This document shows positions 24,568 to 34,599 of a stretch of DNA of 64,000 nt, in pieces (the stretch's first letter is position 1; the number at the start of each line of letters is the position of its first letter). The position numbers and the translations under genes were made by a program. This DNA comes from a virus (Duplodnaviria; Heunggongvirae; Uroviricota; Caudoviricetes): the IMG/VR virus record IMGVR_UViG_3300037851_000461, positions 59,219 to 123,218 of that record; one strand, written 5' to 3'. The notes beneath the pieces are model-generated. The model made no database searches. It was given only the letters and a program-made list of their open reading frames with translations, and was not told the origin of the DNA.

Positions 24568-26136
24568 TTAGACGGCAGCGTTCTTGCGAACTTCGTCGAA
24601 GGTGTATGTCTTGGTGACTTCGCCGTTCTCGAACACGGTTTCAAGAACGTCGGGGCGAGGATCGCTCTCCGGAACGGTATCCCAGCCAAGACCGTGTGCA
24701 CCAGCCACACGAACCAACTTGAGACGACCCTTCTTCGAAGCCTTGCTCAAATCCTTCGGGTTCTTGAAAATATCGAACCAACGGTCGTTGCGCTTCTGTG
24801 CACAACTCTTGAAGGCGAACCTCTGCGTGTCGCGATTGACCTTCTGGAGAAGACCACCACCCATGCCGAAGCACGCGAGGTTGTCTGTGCTCAACTTGGC
24901 ATCCTTGAGAGCCTGAAGAATCTTGGTGATTCCATCAAGATCGATGCCGTCGCCCCAAAGAACACGAACCTTCGGGTTAATTGTGAGGTATCCCTTGTCG
25001 TTGACCGTGTAGCCGAGTTTGTCGGCGAGTTTCTGCACGATCCACACCATCTCGGCTTCCGGCGTCATGTGAGTCGGAGTGATCGAATCGGGGCGAACCA
25101 CGAAGATACCATCACGATTGAGAATCGCATTCTTGAACTTTCCACCAACAAGATTCTCAACGAAGTTGTAGATATCATAACTATCAGCAACGACCGAGAG
25201 AATACCAGTCGGATATTCACGAAGAAGGTTGTCGAGAACTTCCTCCTCACCATTGACACCGAGAGCGGTCATGACCGAGTGCTCAGTAGCAGCGACCGAG
25301 TAGGCAAGCCCCTCGGGATTGGCGCTGTAGTAGAACATCGCGAATTCCATGGCAGGAACCGTGTCGGTGCCCATGAAGTTGACCAAGTGAGCGGCACCAC
25401 CGACACATGCACCTTCGTCGGTGTTGACTCCACGGTAGCCGAAGTCGTGCAACTTGAAGTTGAGAAGGAAATCGACCGTGCCGGTTTCCTCAAGGAACTT
25501 CTTGATAACAACCTTCGTCTGACGGCTCAGAGCGGCGACCGTCGAAGGATACCATACGTGAGTCAAAAGCGACTCAAGTGCGTTGGTGAGCCAGAAGCAC
25601 TTCTCGTCGGTATTTTCAACCGTCATGAGAACGTTTCCGGTCGGCACCGGGGTACCCTCCGGAACTGCCTTGATGCGAACCGGGAGTTTTCCACCGTGAG
25701 CCTTGAGGATATGATTCCAACCGTTGAAGTTGAACATTTCCTTCTGACCCGTCTCGGCGAAGTAACGCTTCCAGTCGATACGGATTTCAGGATTGATAAC
25801 CTGACGGGCACCAATCTGCTGACCATCCGGCGTGAAGGTCGGAGCAACTGTCATAAGCGACAGGTGCTTGTTGAAGATGTACGGCGTGATCTTCTCAATG
25901 GTCGTCTGACCGAAGTGCAGAGCGACGAGAAGACGAGCCTGATTCAGTTTATCCTCCGTGACTCGCACACCTTCAAGGTAAGCCTTGAGGATGTACTGAA
26001 GACCGAAAAACGGGGTCTGGTCGAACTTCGCACCTTTGCGGCTCTCGAAGTAACTATAGACCGCCTGAGTTCCAGCGGGATACTGATTCCAGTGATTCAG
26101 TTTATAACTGTCAGTCTGTGTGATGATGTTAGTCAT
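24568..26136 (-). CDS. nadV: nicotinamide phosphoribosyltransferase (NAMPT/NadV)
   Basis: N-terminal TDSYKLNHW, overall PRTase pattern, 522 aa. Confidence 0.85.
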   Translation of the reverse strand: MTNIITQTDSYKLNHWNQYPAGTQAVYSYFESRKGAKFDQTPFFGLQYILKAYLEGVRVTEDKLNQARLLVALHFGQTTIEKITPYIFNKHLSLMTVAPTFTPDGQQIGARQVINPEIRIDWKRYFAETGQKEMFNFNGWNHILKAHGGKLPVRIKAVPEGTPVPTGNVLMTVENTDEKCFWLTNALESLLTHVWYPSTVAALSRQTKVVIKKFLEETGTVDFLLNFKLHDFGYRGVNTDEGACVGGAAHLVNFMGTDTVPAMEFAMFYYSANPEGLAYSVAATEHSVMTALGVNGEEEVLDNLLREYPTGILSVVADSYDIYNFVENLVGGKFKNAILNRDGIFVVRPDSITPTHMTPEAEMVWIVQKLADKLGYTVNDKGYLTINPKVRVLWGDGIDLDGITKILQALKDAKLSTDNLACFGMGGGLLQKVNRDTQRFAFKSCAQKRNDRWFDIFKNPKDLSKASKKGRLKLVRVAGAHGLGWDTVPESDPRPDVLETVFENGEVTKTYTFDEVRKNAAV

Positions 26137-26195
26137 TGTAGTGATTTCCTTATCTCTATCAGGTTTCTATATTGGCTGAACCCTTATTTGGTATC

Positions 26196-27233
26196 TTAGG
26201 TCTTCGCCGAAGTGTTTGTTTTACGTGCCCATTCGACGAGCATTTCCATCAGAGGAATGTGCTCCGGTACGATCGACCACGGAAGAGGAGTAATCGTCTG
26301 AGTACCGGTGTCGGTCTTGATCGTCTCCTGTTTCTGGAGGAAGTTTGCCAGAGGAAACCAGCGCACTTCCGCAATATCGTCATCTGCCCGAGCCATGCCG
26401 AACAAGCGGTGGGCAAGGTAGAAGTGAGTGATGATCTTGTCAGTCTCGCCGCGATAGCGCCAGTCGTCGATCTTCTTACTACCGATGTAGGTCAAGTCTC
26501 CGACCGAAAGCCCGCCTGCGGTCTCTTCATAGAGTTCACGCTTGGCAGCGGCTTCGTAACTGTCATCATTCGGCGAAACGAATCCACCAATGAAGCGGTA
26601 CAACTGCTCATTGGGTTTGCGAGCCAGAAGGATCGAACCTTCCTTGTCGTCATACACCACGATATCCACGGTCGGGATAGCAGCGGGATAACGCTGGTGT
26701 GTGGCCCAGATTGCACCGGCTCGGAACAAAGGCGAGGATTGTGGAGCCGCAGCGAGTTTGGCTCGTGTCTCCGTTCCCGAAACAAATCGGGTGGCGACCA
26801 ACTCACGGGTCTCGAAATGACCCTTGTAAGCGGTCAGGAAAGAATCACGGCTACCGTAGAGAACGGCGGTGTCATTGGGGGCAAGGTTCTCATGGATAAG
26901 ACCATCGAGTTTCTTGCTCCAATCCTCGTCCGACGCCATATCCTTGATATAGTGGATCGAGAGATTGGGGAAATCCTTGGGAGGATAGACCTCCATAAGC
27001 ATCTGCTTACGAGGATTGAAATCCAGCGGGTTGCTGGTAGTGCCCCGGAGGGGCGAAAGCCCAAGAACGATCATGACCTTGGGATGTGCAGCGATAACGC
27101 TGTCGATTAACTCTTTATGAGCCTCGTGGAGTTCGTGGACCTGAAAACGTCCGACGACTACACCTACGTTGTGTGCTTTTTGTTTCACGTTCATATCTTT
27201 ATCTGAATGTTGATTGTTTGGTGTCTCAGGCAT
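26196..27233 (-). CDS. natV: bifunctional NMN adenylyltransferase / Nudix hydrolase (NadM/NatV-like)
   Basis: GVVVGRFQVHELHEAHKELI NMNAT motif and Nudix box GGFVSPNDDSYEAAAKRELYEETAG. Confidence 0.85.
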   Translation of the reverse strand: MPETPNNQHSDKDMNVKQKAHNVGVVVGRFQVHELHEAHKELIDSVIAAHPKVMIVLGLSPLRGTTSNPLDFNPRKQMLMEVYPPKDFPNLSIHYIKDMASDEDWSKKLDGLIHENLAPNDTAVLYGSRDSFLTAYKGHFETRELVATRFVSGTETRAKLAAAPQSSPLFRAGAIWATHQRYPAAIPTVDIVVYDDKEGSILLARKPNEQLYRFIGGFVSPNDDSYEAAAKRELYEETAGGLSVGDLTYIGSKKIDDWRYRGETDKIITHFYLAHRLFGMARADDDIAEVRWFPLANFLQKQETIKTDTGTQTITPLPWSIVPEHIPLMEMLVEWARKTNTSAKT

Positions 27234-27738
27234 CTAAATCGCCTTTGACATCACCAATAAATAGGGAACAGGCTCGCTTGTCAAGCCGTTTTCCCCACTT
27301 TTTGTATTTTTTACACTAAGGAGGGGGTGGAAAGTCGTCTGATTTGACGTTTTCCATGGGGAGGTTTCCCCGAAGTTTTTTTACAACTTCCCCCGGTCTG
27401 TGTGGAGCCGTGACCGTAACGGAAGCCATTACAATGGCTTCTCCCGTTCTTTTACGATCCCTCCGCGCCTTGGATTCTGCCCAAAGCGCGGAGTTATCTT
27501 CTTTCATGTAGTCTTTTGTCATCCTACCAGCCCACAAACTTTGCGACCGAGTGGGGTAAGGCGTGATATTGGAACTTTTCCCAAAGCGACGGCATCACGT
27601 AGCCGAGCCTCTTCCTTAACTTGTGCTGCCTTGTCGCGACAGTCAACACAATCCATATCAAACTCAACTTCCCAAAATCCGCGAACGTGGCGTTGGCATG
27701 TTGGGCATAATGCTGGAAGTCGGGTGTTTCGCATGAGA

Positions 27739-28512
27739 TTAAAACAATACTCGAAATCCTCCACGAAACTCGTTCCATTCCGAATGAATATCGTCGTTGA
27801 GAAATTGCTCAAACCCGCGAGCAAAGCCAACAAACAGAGCAATCGGTCCGACCGTCACATCAGCATCCGCGCCGACGTAGTAAGTGTCATTCTGCGTTCC
27901 TTCAACGAAGTTGTAGCGGAAGTATGGATTGATCTGAAAGTAATCATTCCCGATAACCACGCCAATTTGCTCGAATCCCACCCACGAAGAATACGAATCC
28001 GATGCACGGAATGGATCGGTGTCGTCATACCACAAGTCGCGAACCGTCACAGTATCCTTACCGAAGGCATGACCAATGCCTACCGTGATATAAGGCGTGA
28101 AGAGATTGCGCTCGGTGTAAGCCGGTGATCCAACAACGGGCGAATACGTTCTTGGAAAGTAGAACGATCCGAACACGGAAATCGTCTGAACCTTGCTTGT
28201 GTAATCAATATCAACCACACTCGGAAAGAGGGGAAGATCAAACGCGCCATCGCTGTAGGAATAGATTCCACCCACATCCGCCCACTCAGCAACCGGAACG
28301 TTTGCGGCGACGGCGAAAGTGTCGATGGAACGGTCGTAGTCAAAACTTCCATCGGGAATATTCAGTTCAAACGAGCCAGCGTTTGAATACATGGCGGAAA
28401 CGGAACGTTCCCCCACGATAGTCTGAGCACTTGCCTTAGAGGCAAAAATGCTGAATGCCGCCATCATGAAGAAGGCGAGAAGTAGATATAGCCATGTCGA
28501 TCTGCTTTTCAT
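27739..28512 (-). CDS. outer-membrane beta-barrel protein with signal peptide
   Basis: Signal peptide MKSRSTWLYLLLAFFMMAAFSIFASKASAQT, alternating aromatic strands, C-terminal ...GGFRVLF. Confidence 0.55.
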   Translation of the reverse strand: MKSRSTWLYLLLAFFMMAAFSIFASKASAQTIVGERSVSAMYSNAGSFELNIPDGSFDYDRSIDTFAVAANVPVAEWADVGGIYSYSDGAFDLPLFPSVVDIDYTSKVQTISVFGSFYFPRTYSPVVGSPAYTERNLFTPYITVGIGHAFGKDTVTVRDLWYDDTDPFRASDSYSSWVGFEQIGVVIGNDYFQINPYFRYNFVEGTQNDTYYVGADADVTVGPIALFVGFARGFEQFLNDDIHSEWNEFRGGFRVLF

Positions 28513-29174
28513 AGTTTGTCTTTCTTTGGATAAGGTTCTGTCAAACGGTAGTGCTTACCATCGTATTTGTGTAATTGGAACATTTGGCAGTTGTCGGGGT
28601 TCTTCATCGTTTCAAATTCCTCGACCGTCAAGTGAAGCCAGCGCATCAGAAGAACGCGAAGGGAGAAGCCGTGAAGAACAATCAACACGTTGCGCGGAAA
28701 CTCGGGATTCTCGAAATCGCGATAAAGCGTGTCAAGGAATCCTGTGCAGCGGTCATACACATCCGCGCCAGATTCTCCAAGCGGAATTCTGAAGAAGAAC
28801 GTGCCGTAGTTGTTTCTATCGAATTCGACCTTTTCACTTCCACCGGAAGTTCCGAGGTTTCCCCATTCCTGCTCTCTCAGGCGAGGGTCTTCACGCTCTC
28901 GTTCAATGTTGTATGAAGGAACATCCATACCGAGTTTCATGTTTTGCCATGTCTCGCGAGTGCGCAGATAAGGAGAAACATAAACGGCAAGACGATCCCG
29001 AAGAAATCCACCAAATTGTAGTTTTCCCCGCAAGAGTTTTCCGGCTTCAACCGATTGCTGTTTTCCAACCTCGGTGAGCGGAATCTTGTAGTCGGGCACC
29101 GTGTAGTTCACAGAGTTGTCAACGTTCGACGCAGATTGCCCGTGTCGAATTAGAAAAATGTTGTCGGGTCTCAT
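28509..29174 (-). CDS. histidine phosphatase (phosphoglycerate-mutase superfamily)
   Basis: FLIRHGQSASN RHG catalytic motif; HGFSLRV. Confidence 0.7.
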   Translation of the reverse strand: MRPDNIFLIRHGQSASNVDNSVNYTVPDYKIPLTEVGKQQSVEAGKLLRGKLQFGGFLRDRLAVYVSPYLRTRETWQNMKLGMDVPSYNIEREREDPRLREQEWGNLGTSGGSEKVEFDRNNYGTFFFRIPLGESGADVYDRCTGFLDTLYRDFENPEFPRNVLIVLHGFSLRVLLMRWLHLTVEEFETMKNPDNCQMFQLHKYDGKHYRLTEPYPKKDKL

Positions 29175-29876
29175 AGTTTGGATTGGTTGGCAAGACGAAA
29201 CATGTCGTCTTCAACGGGTGACGCTTTCACTTCAGATTCAACGACCTTCTGTGGCTCCACCTCTGGTAGAACGTTATTCTTGGAATACTGAATCTGATTC
29301 ATTATGGTGATAAGGTCAGCCTTTTCTTTTAATTTGGTCTCGTGTGTGTCGCCACCCCACGAAATCACATCAAAGATATAGCGATGGTTGGAGTAGACCC
29401 AAGCGAAATCTTTCTTCTCACTCCATTCGAGTGGGTAAATGATGTTCACCGACTTGTCGTCAATGGCACAGAGCGATTTCACCGCTGCCTCGAAGTGAGG
29501 TCGGAAGTGCCAGAAATCGTCTCCACGAATGTATCCCATCTGAAGGTCGAAGTTGACGCCTCGATCTGTTACGAATGGAGGAAGCCCCCGCCCACGCCAT
29601 TGCCTGCGTGCCACCACAAGAATAAATATCCAAAACCGAATTGTAGAATTTGTAGCGCGAGTCGAATCGCGGCTCTCTTACCTTCAGAAGCTCGATGATT
29701 TTATCACGAGCCTCCAAATCCATGCGCATATTCTCAGCATTGGCATTCTTCAATTCAACCGTGATAACACGAATATCGGTGTAGGAAGAAGAGAGTGATT
29801 GTAGTAGAACAGCGGTTGAATCATAACCGCCCGACCACATGATCACAAGAATGTCACTTTGCTTGCGGTCGTTCAT
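29171..29876 (-). pseudogene. PP-loop ATP pyrophosphatase (QueC/ExsB-like) split by a frameshift near 29560-29617
   Basis: N-terminal ILVIMWSGGYDSTAVLL PP-loop in ORF 29460..29876; downstream ORF 29171..29617 in another frame continues the protein; combined length about 235 aa. Confidence 0.5.
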
Positions 29877-30207
29877 ATGATTTTCTCCATAATCTCCGGA
29901 GCCAACGGATCATCTTTACGATTCCGTAAATGAGCAAGCCCAGCACCACCAACAGAAAGACGATGCCGAGTTCTAATGCGACGGCATCATCCATTGACAT
30001 TTCCCACTTAGCAGAAATCTTTCGACCGAAGTAGTAGAACGGATAGCCACACACAAACATGAATCCTCCAACGACCGTCAACGCCACTAAAAGCATTCCC
30101 AACCCCTTGAGAAAGTCTAGGAATCTGTAGAATAGGTCTCCGAAGAGAATTGTGAGGAATCTACCGAAGCGTTTCATCAGAAATCCACCATGATTGTTTG
30201 TTCCCAC
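29854..30207 (-). CDS. small membrane protein (2-3 transmembrane segments)
   Basis: Hydrophobic segments LLVALTVVGGFMFVCGY and IVFLLVVLGLLIYGIV. Confidence 0.4.
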   Translation of the reverse strand: MGTNNHGGFLMKRFGRFLTILFGDLFYRFLDFLKGLGMLLVALTVVGGFMFVCGYPFYYFGRKISAKWEMSMDDAVALELGIVFLLVVLGLLIYGIVKMIRWLRRLWRKSYERPQAK

Positions 30208-30400
30208 TCAACATCGTGAAGATGCTCAATGGCTTCGTCTCTAACATCGAATTGGAATGGGCACACCTCATCATGAACGACGAGATTCCACTTATTGTTG
30301 TTGGCGAGCACAACCTTGACATATTCCACCGATAGATTTCGGCTCTTTGGCTTGCTCGCATCCAACTTTACCAGTTGGTTGATGATGGATTTCTTGATTC

Positions 30401-30970
30401 TCATGGATTGGCAACAAATTGCTGGAGGGCGTTTTCCTTTTGTGGAATCGGCATCGGCTTGAACTTGACGATGATAACATCGCCGGGATAGGTGTCAAAG
30501 GCAACCTCGATGAGCCTGCTGACGATGTTCCAGTCGCCACCGGCTCGGTCGCATCCCATTTTCCATGGAAATCCAACGGTGGGATATCGCCCGGTAGTCG
30601 AGTGTCGATATGAATCCTTGTTGAAGTATTCGTAGATGTACCGGTGCATCTTTTCGAGTGCGGTGTAGAGAGCGTCGTAGTTCGTCTGGCGAGCCTCACG
30701 CCCGAAGAGGTTCTGACCATAGAGATTGAAAATCATCATAAGGTCGTTCGGAACCGGCTTCGATGTAATGTTGCAATAACTCAGATGACCGAGTTTGTTG
30801 TGCCCCATCTTGGCAGCATTTGAATCCGCCTGATATGCCTCGGGATACCACTCTCGTACCGTCTTGGCGATGCCGGAACCCATTGTGTTCTGGCAATTGG
30901 CTTGGTGCCCGACAATGTGAATGTCGGGAAGAAGGAAAATGTCGCCATCAACGTAGGTCAATTCTTTCAT
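30401..30970 (-). CDS. macro domain protein (ADP-ribose binding / hydrolase)
   Basis: YVDGDIFLLPDIHIVGHQANCQNTMGSGIAKTV. Confidence 0.75.
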   Translation of the reverse strand: MKELTYVDGDIFLLPDIHIVGHQANCQNTMGSGIAKTVREWYPEAYQADSNAAKMGHNKLGHLSYCNITSKPVPNDLMMIFNLYGQNLFGREARQTNYDALYTALEKMHRYIYEYFNKDSYRHSTTGRYPTVGFPWKMGCDRAGGDWNIVSRLIEVAFDTYPGDVIIVKFKPMPIPQKENALQQFVANP

Positions 30971-31413
30971 TACGGTAGTGTTTTTTGTGATTTGAGTGCT
31001 GTCTCGATGTTCTCTATGTAAACGTTCATCAGGTCTTTTGTCAAGTGCCGTTCGGTGATTCCCGAAACTTCCATGTGAATGAACGGAGACATGTACTTAT
31101 CCGTTGGGTGATAGCGAGTTGCACCACGAATTTGGAAGGTAGGAAACCACTTAAACTGCCGTTCCCACTTCAAAGTAAGACGAAGCCATAGAGGATCGTC
31201 AGCCCGTGCAAACACGAGTTCGAATCCTTCGCCATATACATGCCAGTGGTCCCAAAAGCACCAACCAAGACTCTCCAATTTTTTACGAAGTTTGTTGTTA
31301 TGTGCTACAATTTTTTGAGCACGTGCCTTATCCACAATGTCGCACATCGGTTGCTGAACCATGTAGTTCTTGACCGTGTTAGACGTTCTCCAAGTTGGCT
31401 TCTTCAAACTCAT
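30970..31413 (-). CDS. hypothetical protein, 147 aa
   Basis: ORF in operon. Confidence 0.45.
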   Translation of the reverse strand: MSLKKPTWRTSNTVKNYMVQQPMCDIVDKARAQKIVAHNNKLRKKLESLGWCFWDHWHVYGEGFELVFARADDPLWLRLTLKWERQFKWFPTFQIRGATRYHPTDKYMSPFIHMEVSGITERHLTKDLMNVYIENIETALKSQKTLP

Positions 31414-31620
31414 GCTCCCATCTCCATTTCATCGTCCCCTTGGTCGGGGTCGTCGTTGTTGAGTGCTTTCCGAGAATGCTTTTTCAATTGTGCAAGCATT
31501 GTCGCTACACGACCGTAAATAGCGCCTCCGACCTTTCCACATTCAAGGTCGTTATCCAGCATGTAGTCGGAAATGTCTTCCAACAACTCTACAATTTCGT
31601 CTTTAGTCGGCATGGTTGTT

Positions 31621-32214
31621 TTATTTCTTCTCGAAGCGTTTCTTCAGAGCGAGGTATTGCTCGTAGTCGCGTTGATGTTGTGACTTTCTCGGCTTCGCTT
31701 TTTTCTCCGCTTTGATTTGTTCGGCTGCGATGAATTCAGCCTTGCGTTGGGTTAGAACTTCAACGATGTAATCTCGGGAGAGAGGAGCGAAAAGTTGAAC
31801 ATAGTTTCCATCGTCTCGGTCGGTGAAGTATTGAACAACCCAACCATCTTCTTGGAGTCTCACGATCTCACCGATCTTCTCAACGAGGTCTTCGAACGTC
31901 GGGCAAGTGGAAAGATATTCCGTCTTTGCCACATCCGGTTTATGCCCCATCGCCAACATCCAACCAAGAAGTTCCCGGAGATTCCACTTCACATCGTCGC
32001 TGACGGTGTTTACGTCAATGTAATTTCCAAGTTCCCATCCACGATGCATGATGGCATAATTGTTTCCAAGAGCCTCCTGAACGATGAAGTGCTTTTTGAT
32101 TTTGCACACTTCACGTTCGGTCAGATCGTGAACAGGGACTATCAGAACATTGTCAACCGTCTTGAGATGGTTGTTGATTTTGGCAATTGACCATTTTGTA
32201 TTCACGACTCTCAC
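31621..32214 (-). CDS. hypothetical protein, 197 aa
   Basis: ORF in operon. Confidence 0.45.
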   Translation of the reverse strand: MRVVNTKWSIAKINNHLKTVDNVLIVPVHDLTEREVCKIKKHFIVQEALGNNYAIMHRGWELGNYIDVNTVSDDVKWNLRELLGWMLAMGHKPDVAKTEYLSTCPTFEDLVEKIGEIVRLQEDGWVVQYFTDRDDGNYVQLFAPLSRDYIVEVLTQRKAEFIAAEQIKAEKKAKPRKSQHQRDYEQYLALKKRFEKK

Positions 32215-32473
32215 GTTAATTCATCACGTTTGGCAACCCGATTTCGCTTCGACGAACGCGTTGCTTACGTCCTTTGAGGTGATATGATGCGGTGCCGCAG
32301 AAGGGCGAATCGTATCGCTTGGAAATTGTGACTTCGCGACCGATTAATTTGCAGACACATCCCACATTGTCACCATGGTCACGGGCTTCACACTGAACTA
32401 CCTTGAATCGCTTTCCGATGATATCCTTATCAGCATCAAGCGGGTTAACTCTTGCGATGTTGTCTTCCATAAA

Positions 32474-32851
32474 TCAATCCTCCTGAAGTTTATAGTCTTG
32501 GTCTTCCGGGGCGAGTTCTTCTACCCTGATGAGTTTGAGGGTTGACTGAACGTATTCAGCAATCGCAAGTTTCTTCTTCAGATACATGTGATGCAACTTT
32601 TGCTCCGCACTCATATCTTCAAAATCACATTTACACCGGGCAAAGTGTTTGGATATTGCACTGAAGCAACTGGTGACCGAATCCTGAAGAACGGTTCCGA
32701 TTATGTCGCTGGCGTGTGTGTCAACGGGAAAGTCGGGATTGTAGGCTCCATCTCCGTAGATGATACCGGATGATTCTTTTGTGTGTGGCACGGCTTTGAC
32801 CGCAATCTCATACACAAACTTCGCGTTTTGAAGTATTTTTGACTTCTTCAT
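32474..32851 (-). CDS. hypothetical protein, 125 aa
   Basis: ORF in operon. Confidence 0.4.
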   Translation of the reverse strand: MKKSKILQNAKFVYEIAVKAVPHTKESSGIIYGDGAYNPDFPVDTHASDIIGTVLQDSVTSCFSAISKHFARCKCDFEDMSAEQKLHHMYLKKKLAIAEYVQSTLKLIRVEELAPEDQDYKLQED

Positions 32852-33041
32852 ATAACGACATCCTCACTGTCGAGCGAATCATCACGAACGATTAAAATCA
32901 AATTGAACGTGCGAGAAATCCACGCTGCGAACCGGAAGGTTGTGGCGTGAAACTCCCACCAGTTATAGGGAAGGTAGTTGAAGGTCTTGTAGTACCAACG
33001 AAAATCCATTACTCGTGCACCTGACCGGATGCCTCTACGTT

Positions 33042-33437
33042 TCATCGGCTCAACTTTCTGTAGAGTTCGGCGAGACGGGAGGAATGCTTCGACATGGCAC
33101 AAACCCATTCAGGAACATCGGAAATTCCCACACCCCTCTCGTGTGCAGTACGTGCCATTTTCACTTCGAGGTCGGTCATGTCGGTGATGATGGCATTCAG
33201 TTCGTCTGCCAAGTCGAGTCGCAGTTTTTCTTTCTTCGTCTCGTCTTTAGGGTCTACAACCTGAACGAGAAATACGTCTCTTCCACGACGTTGGTCGGCG
33301 GTTTCCTTGACCATCTCAAGTTGAGTTTGGGCATCGGAAAAATACGTCAGTGGGCGCGTGTGGGGAGTCAAACGCGGACGGCGTGACGTTGCCCGACAAT
33401 CTTGAACGACGATATACTTTCCTACATGCTGTTCCAT
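33042..33437 (-). CDS. hypothetical protein, 131 aa
   Basis: ORF in operon. Confidence 0.4.
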   Translation of the reverse strand: MEQHVGKYIVVQDCRATSRRPRLTPHTRPLTYFSDAQTQLEMVKETADQRRGRDVFLVQVVDPKDETKKEKLRLDLADELNAIITDMTDLEVKMARTAHERGVGISDVPEWVCAMSKHSSRLAELYRKLSR

Positions 33438-33438
33438 G

Positions 33439-34599
33439 TTAGCGGTCTCCCTTAAAGCAGTTATCCGGATCGATCCGGGCGTAGTTCGGAATGCCGTAAG
33501 CGGTCAATCCCGTGTATTTGTAAGTGACTTCTTTCTTGAGCCACTTGTGTTTTTCCTGCCAACGCTTTTTGGCATCGGGCAGGCTTCCCATGAAGGTGGC
33601 ATCAAAGGTCTTGCCGGTCTTCACATCGCGAAGGGTGGCGGTCTTCATAGCACCAGCCCAATCCCCGGTTCCCTCATGTACCGCTTCGATAATGCCCTCA
33701 GAATCGTGTTCTGGCTTATACTTTAGCAGGAACTTGGAACGCTTACCAACCTGATATGGAGAATTTGGAATGCGGATGATTGCTCCCTCTTGCTTATCTT
33801 CGAGGTAGCGACCATAAATCACATCAACTTCCGCCATGGAGTAAACCAAATCGGTTTTTACGTGGCGATAGTATTTGCTGAACTTCGGTAGAGTGTCGTC
33901 GATCCATGCCTTGCGCTCGATGTAGTCATCTTCCTCACTCCAGCCGTCAAAGCCGAAGCCGTCATAGACGTAGAACTTCACAATCTCCTCACTTCGCTTG
34001 AGAAGGGCGGGAGAGATACTCTTCGCCTTTGTTTTACGAACGATGCTGGTGAGTTCGTTCAGTTTTTCGCGAAGGTCATTGTTGAACAACTCGCCGTCAA
34101 GAACGGCATCGGGATACTTCTGAAAGAAACTGACCAAATCCCGGTTGATGTGGGGAACGGCGATCCAAAGTTCACCCTTACGAGACTTCAGAACGACTTC
34201 CGATCCGTCGAAGGTAGCCGTGCAACGCACGCCATTGTACTTGTTCTGAACAAGCACGCCCTTGCTGAAATCAATCTTCTTGATATACTCGTCAAGTTCC
34301 TTGGCAAGCATGGGCTCAATATATGCCGCACACGAGTCGATTTTGCTTACATCCGTGGTGTAGCCGGTCTTGGCTTTCTTATCCCACTTGGCTTGCGCCT
34401 CAAGTTCGGCTTGCTGCTCGGGTGTCGTCGCGTTTGCGCGACCGACATTCTTTGACTCACAGATTGTCCACTCCGTCTCAACCTTGGCACCGTCAACCTG
34501 ACCGGAAATGGTGCGGAACTTGTTGCCAGACGTTTCAATGGTCCATTGCTGGACGGCTCCGGTGGAGGTGCGTGAATAGAGTGTTGGTAGTGTTTTCAT
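33439..34599 (-). CDS. ATP-dependent DNA ligase
   Basis: Motif I LVQNKYNGVRC; ligase-size ORF of 386 aa. Confidence 0.75.
   Translation of the reverse strand: MKTLPTLYSRTSTGAVQQWTIETSGNKFRTISGQVDGAKVETEWTICESKNVGRANATTPEQQAELEAQAKWDKKAKTGYTTDVSKIDSCAAYIEPMLAKELDEYIKKIDFSKGVLVQNKYNGVRCTATFDGSEVVLKSRKGELWIAVPHINRDLVSFFQKYPDAVLDGELFNNDLREKLNELTSIVRKTKAKSISPALLKRSEEIVKFYVYDGFGFDGWSEEDDYIERKAWIDDTLPKFSKYYRHVKTDLVYSMAEVDVIYGRYLEDKQEGAIIRIPNSPYQVGKRSKFLLKYKPEHDSEGIIEAVHEGTGDWAGAMKTATLRDVKTGKTFDATFMGSLPDAKKRWQEKHKWLKKEVTYKYTGLTAYGIPNYARIDPDNCFKGDR

Noticed and set aside
24550-26199. 549-aa plus-strand ORF fully antisense to NAMPT; similar long antisense ORFs lie opposite NMNAT, the beta-barrel protein, rIIA, rIIB, the vWA protein, the polymerase and the clamp loader (26172-27110, 27400-28128, 58078-59037, 59095-59904, 60999-61790, 48309-49208, 50274-51065, 46660-47355).
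   Set aside because: The sense-strand products have clear conserved motifs, while the antisense translations are low-complexity. These are most simply explained by codon bias avoiding TTA/CTA/TCA on the coding strand.
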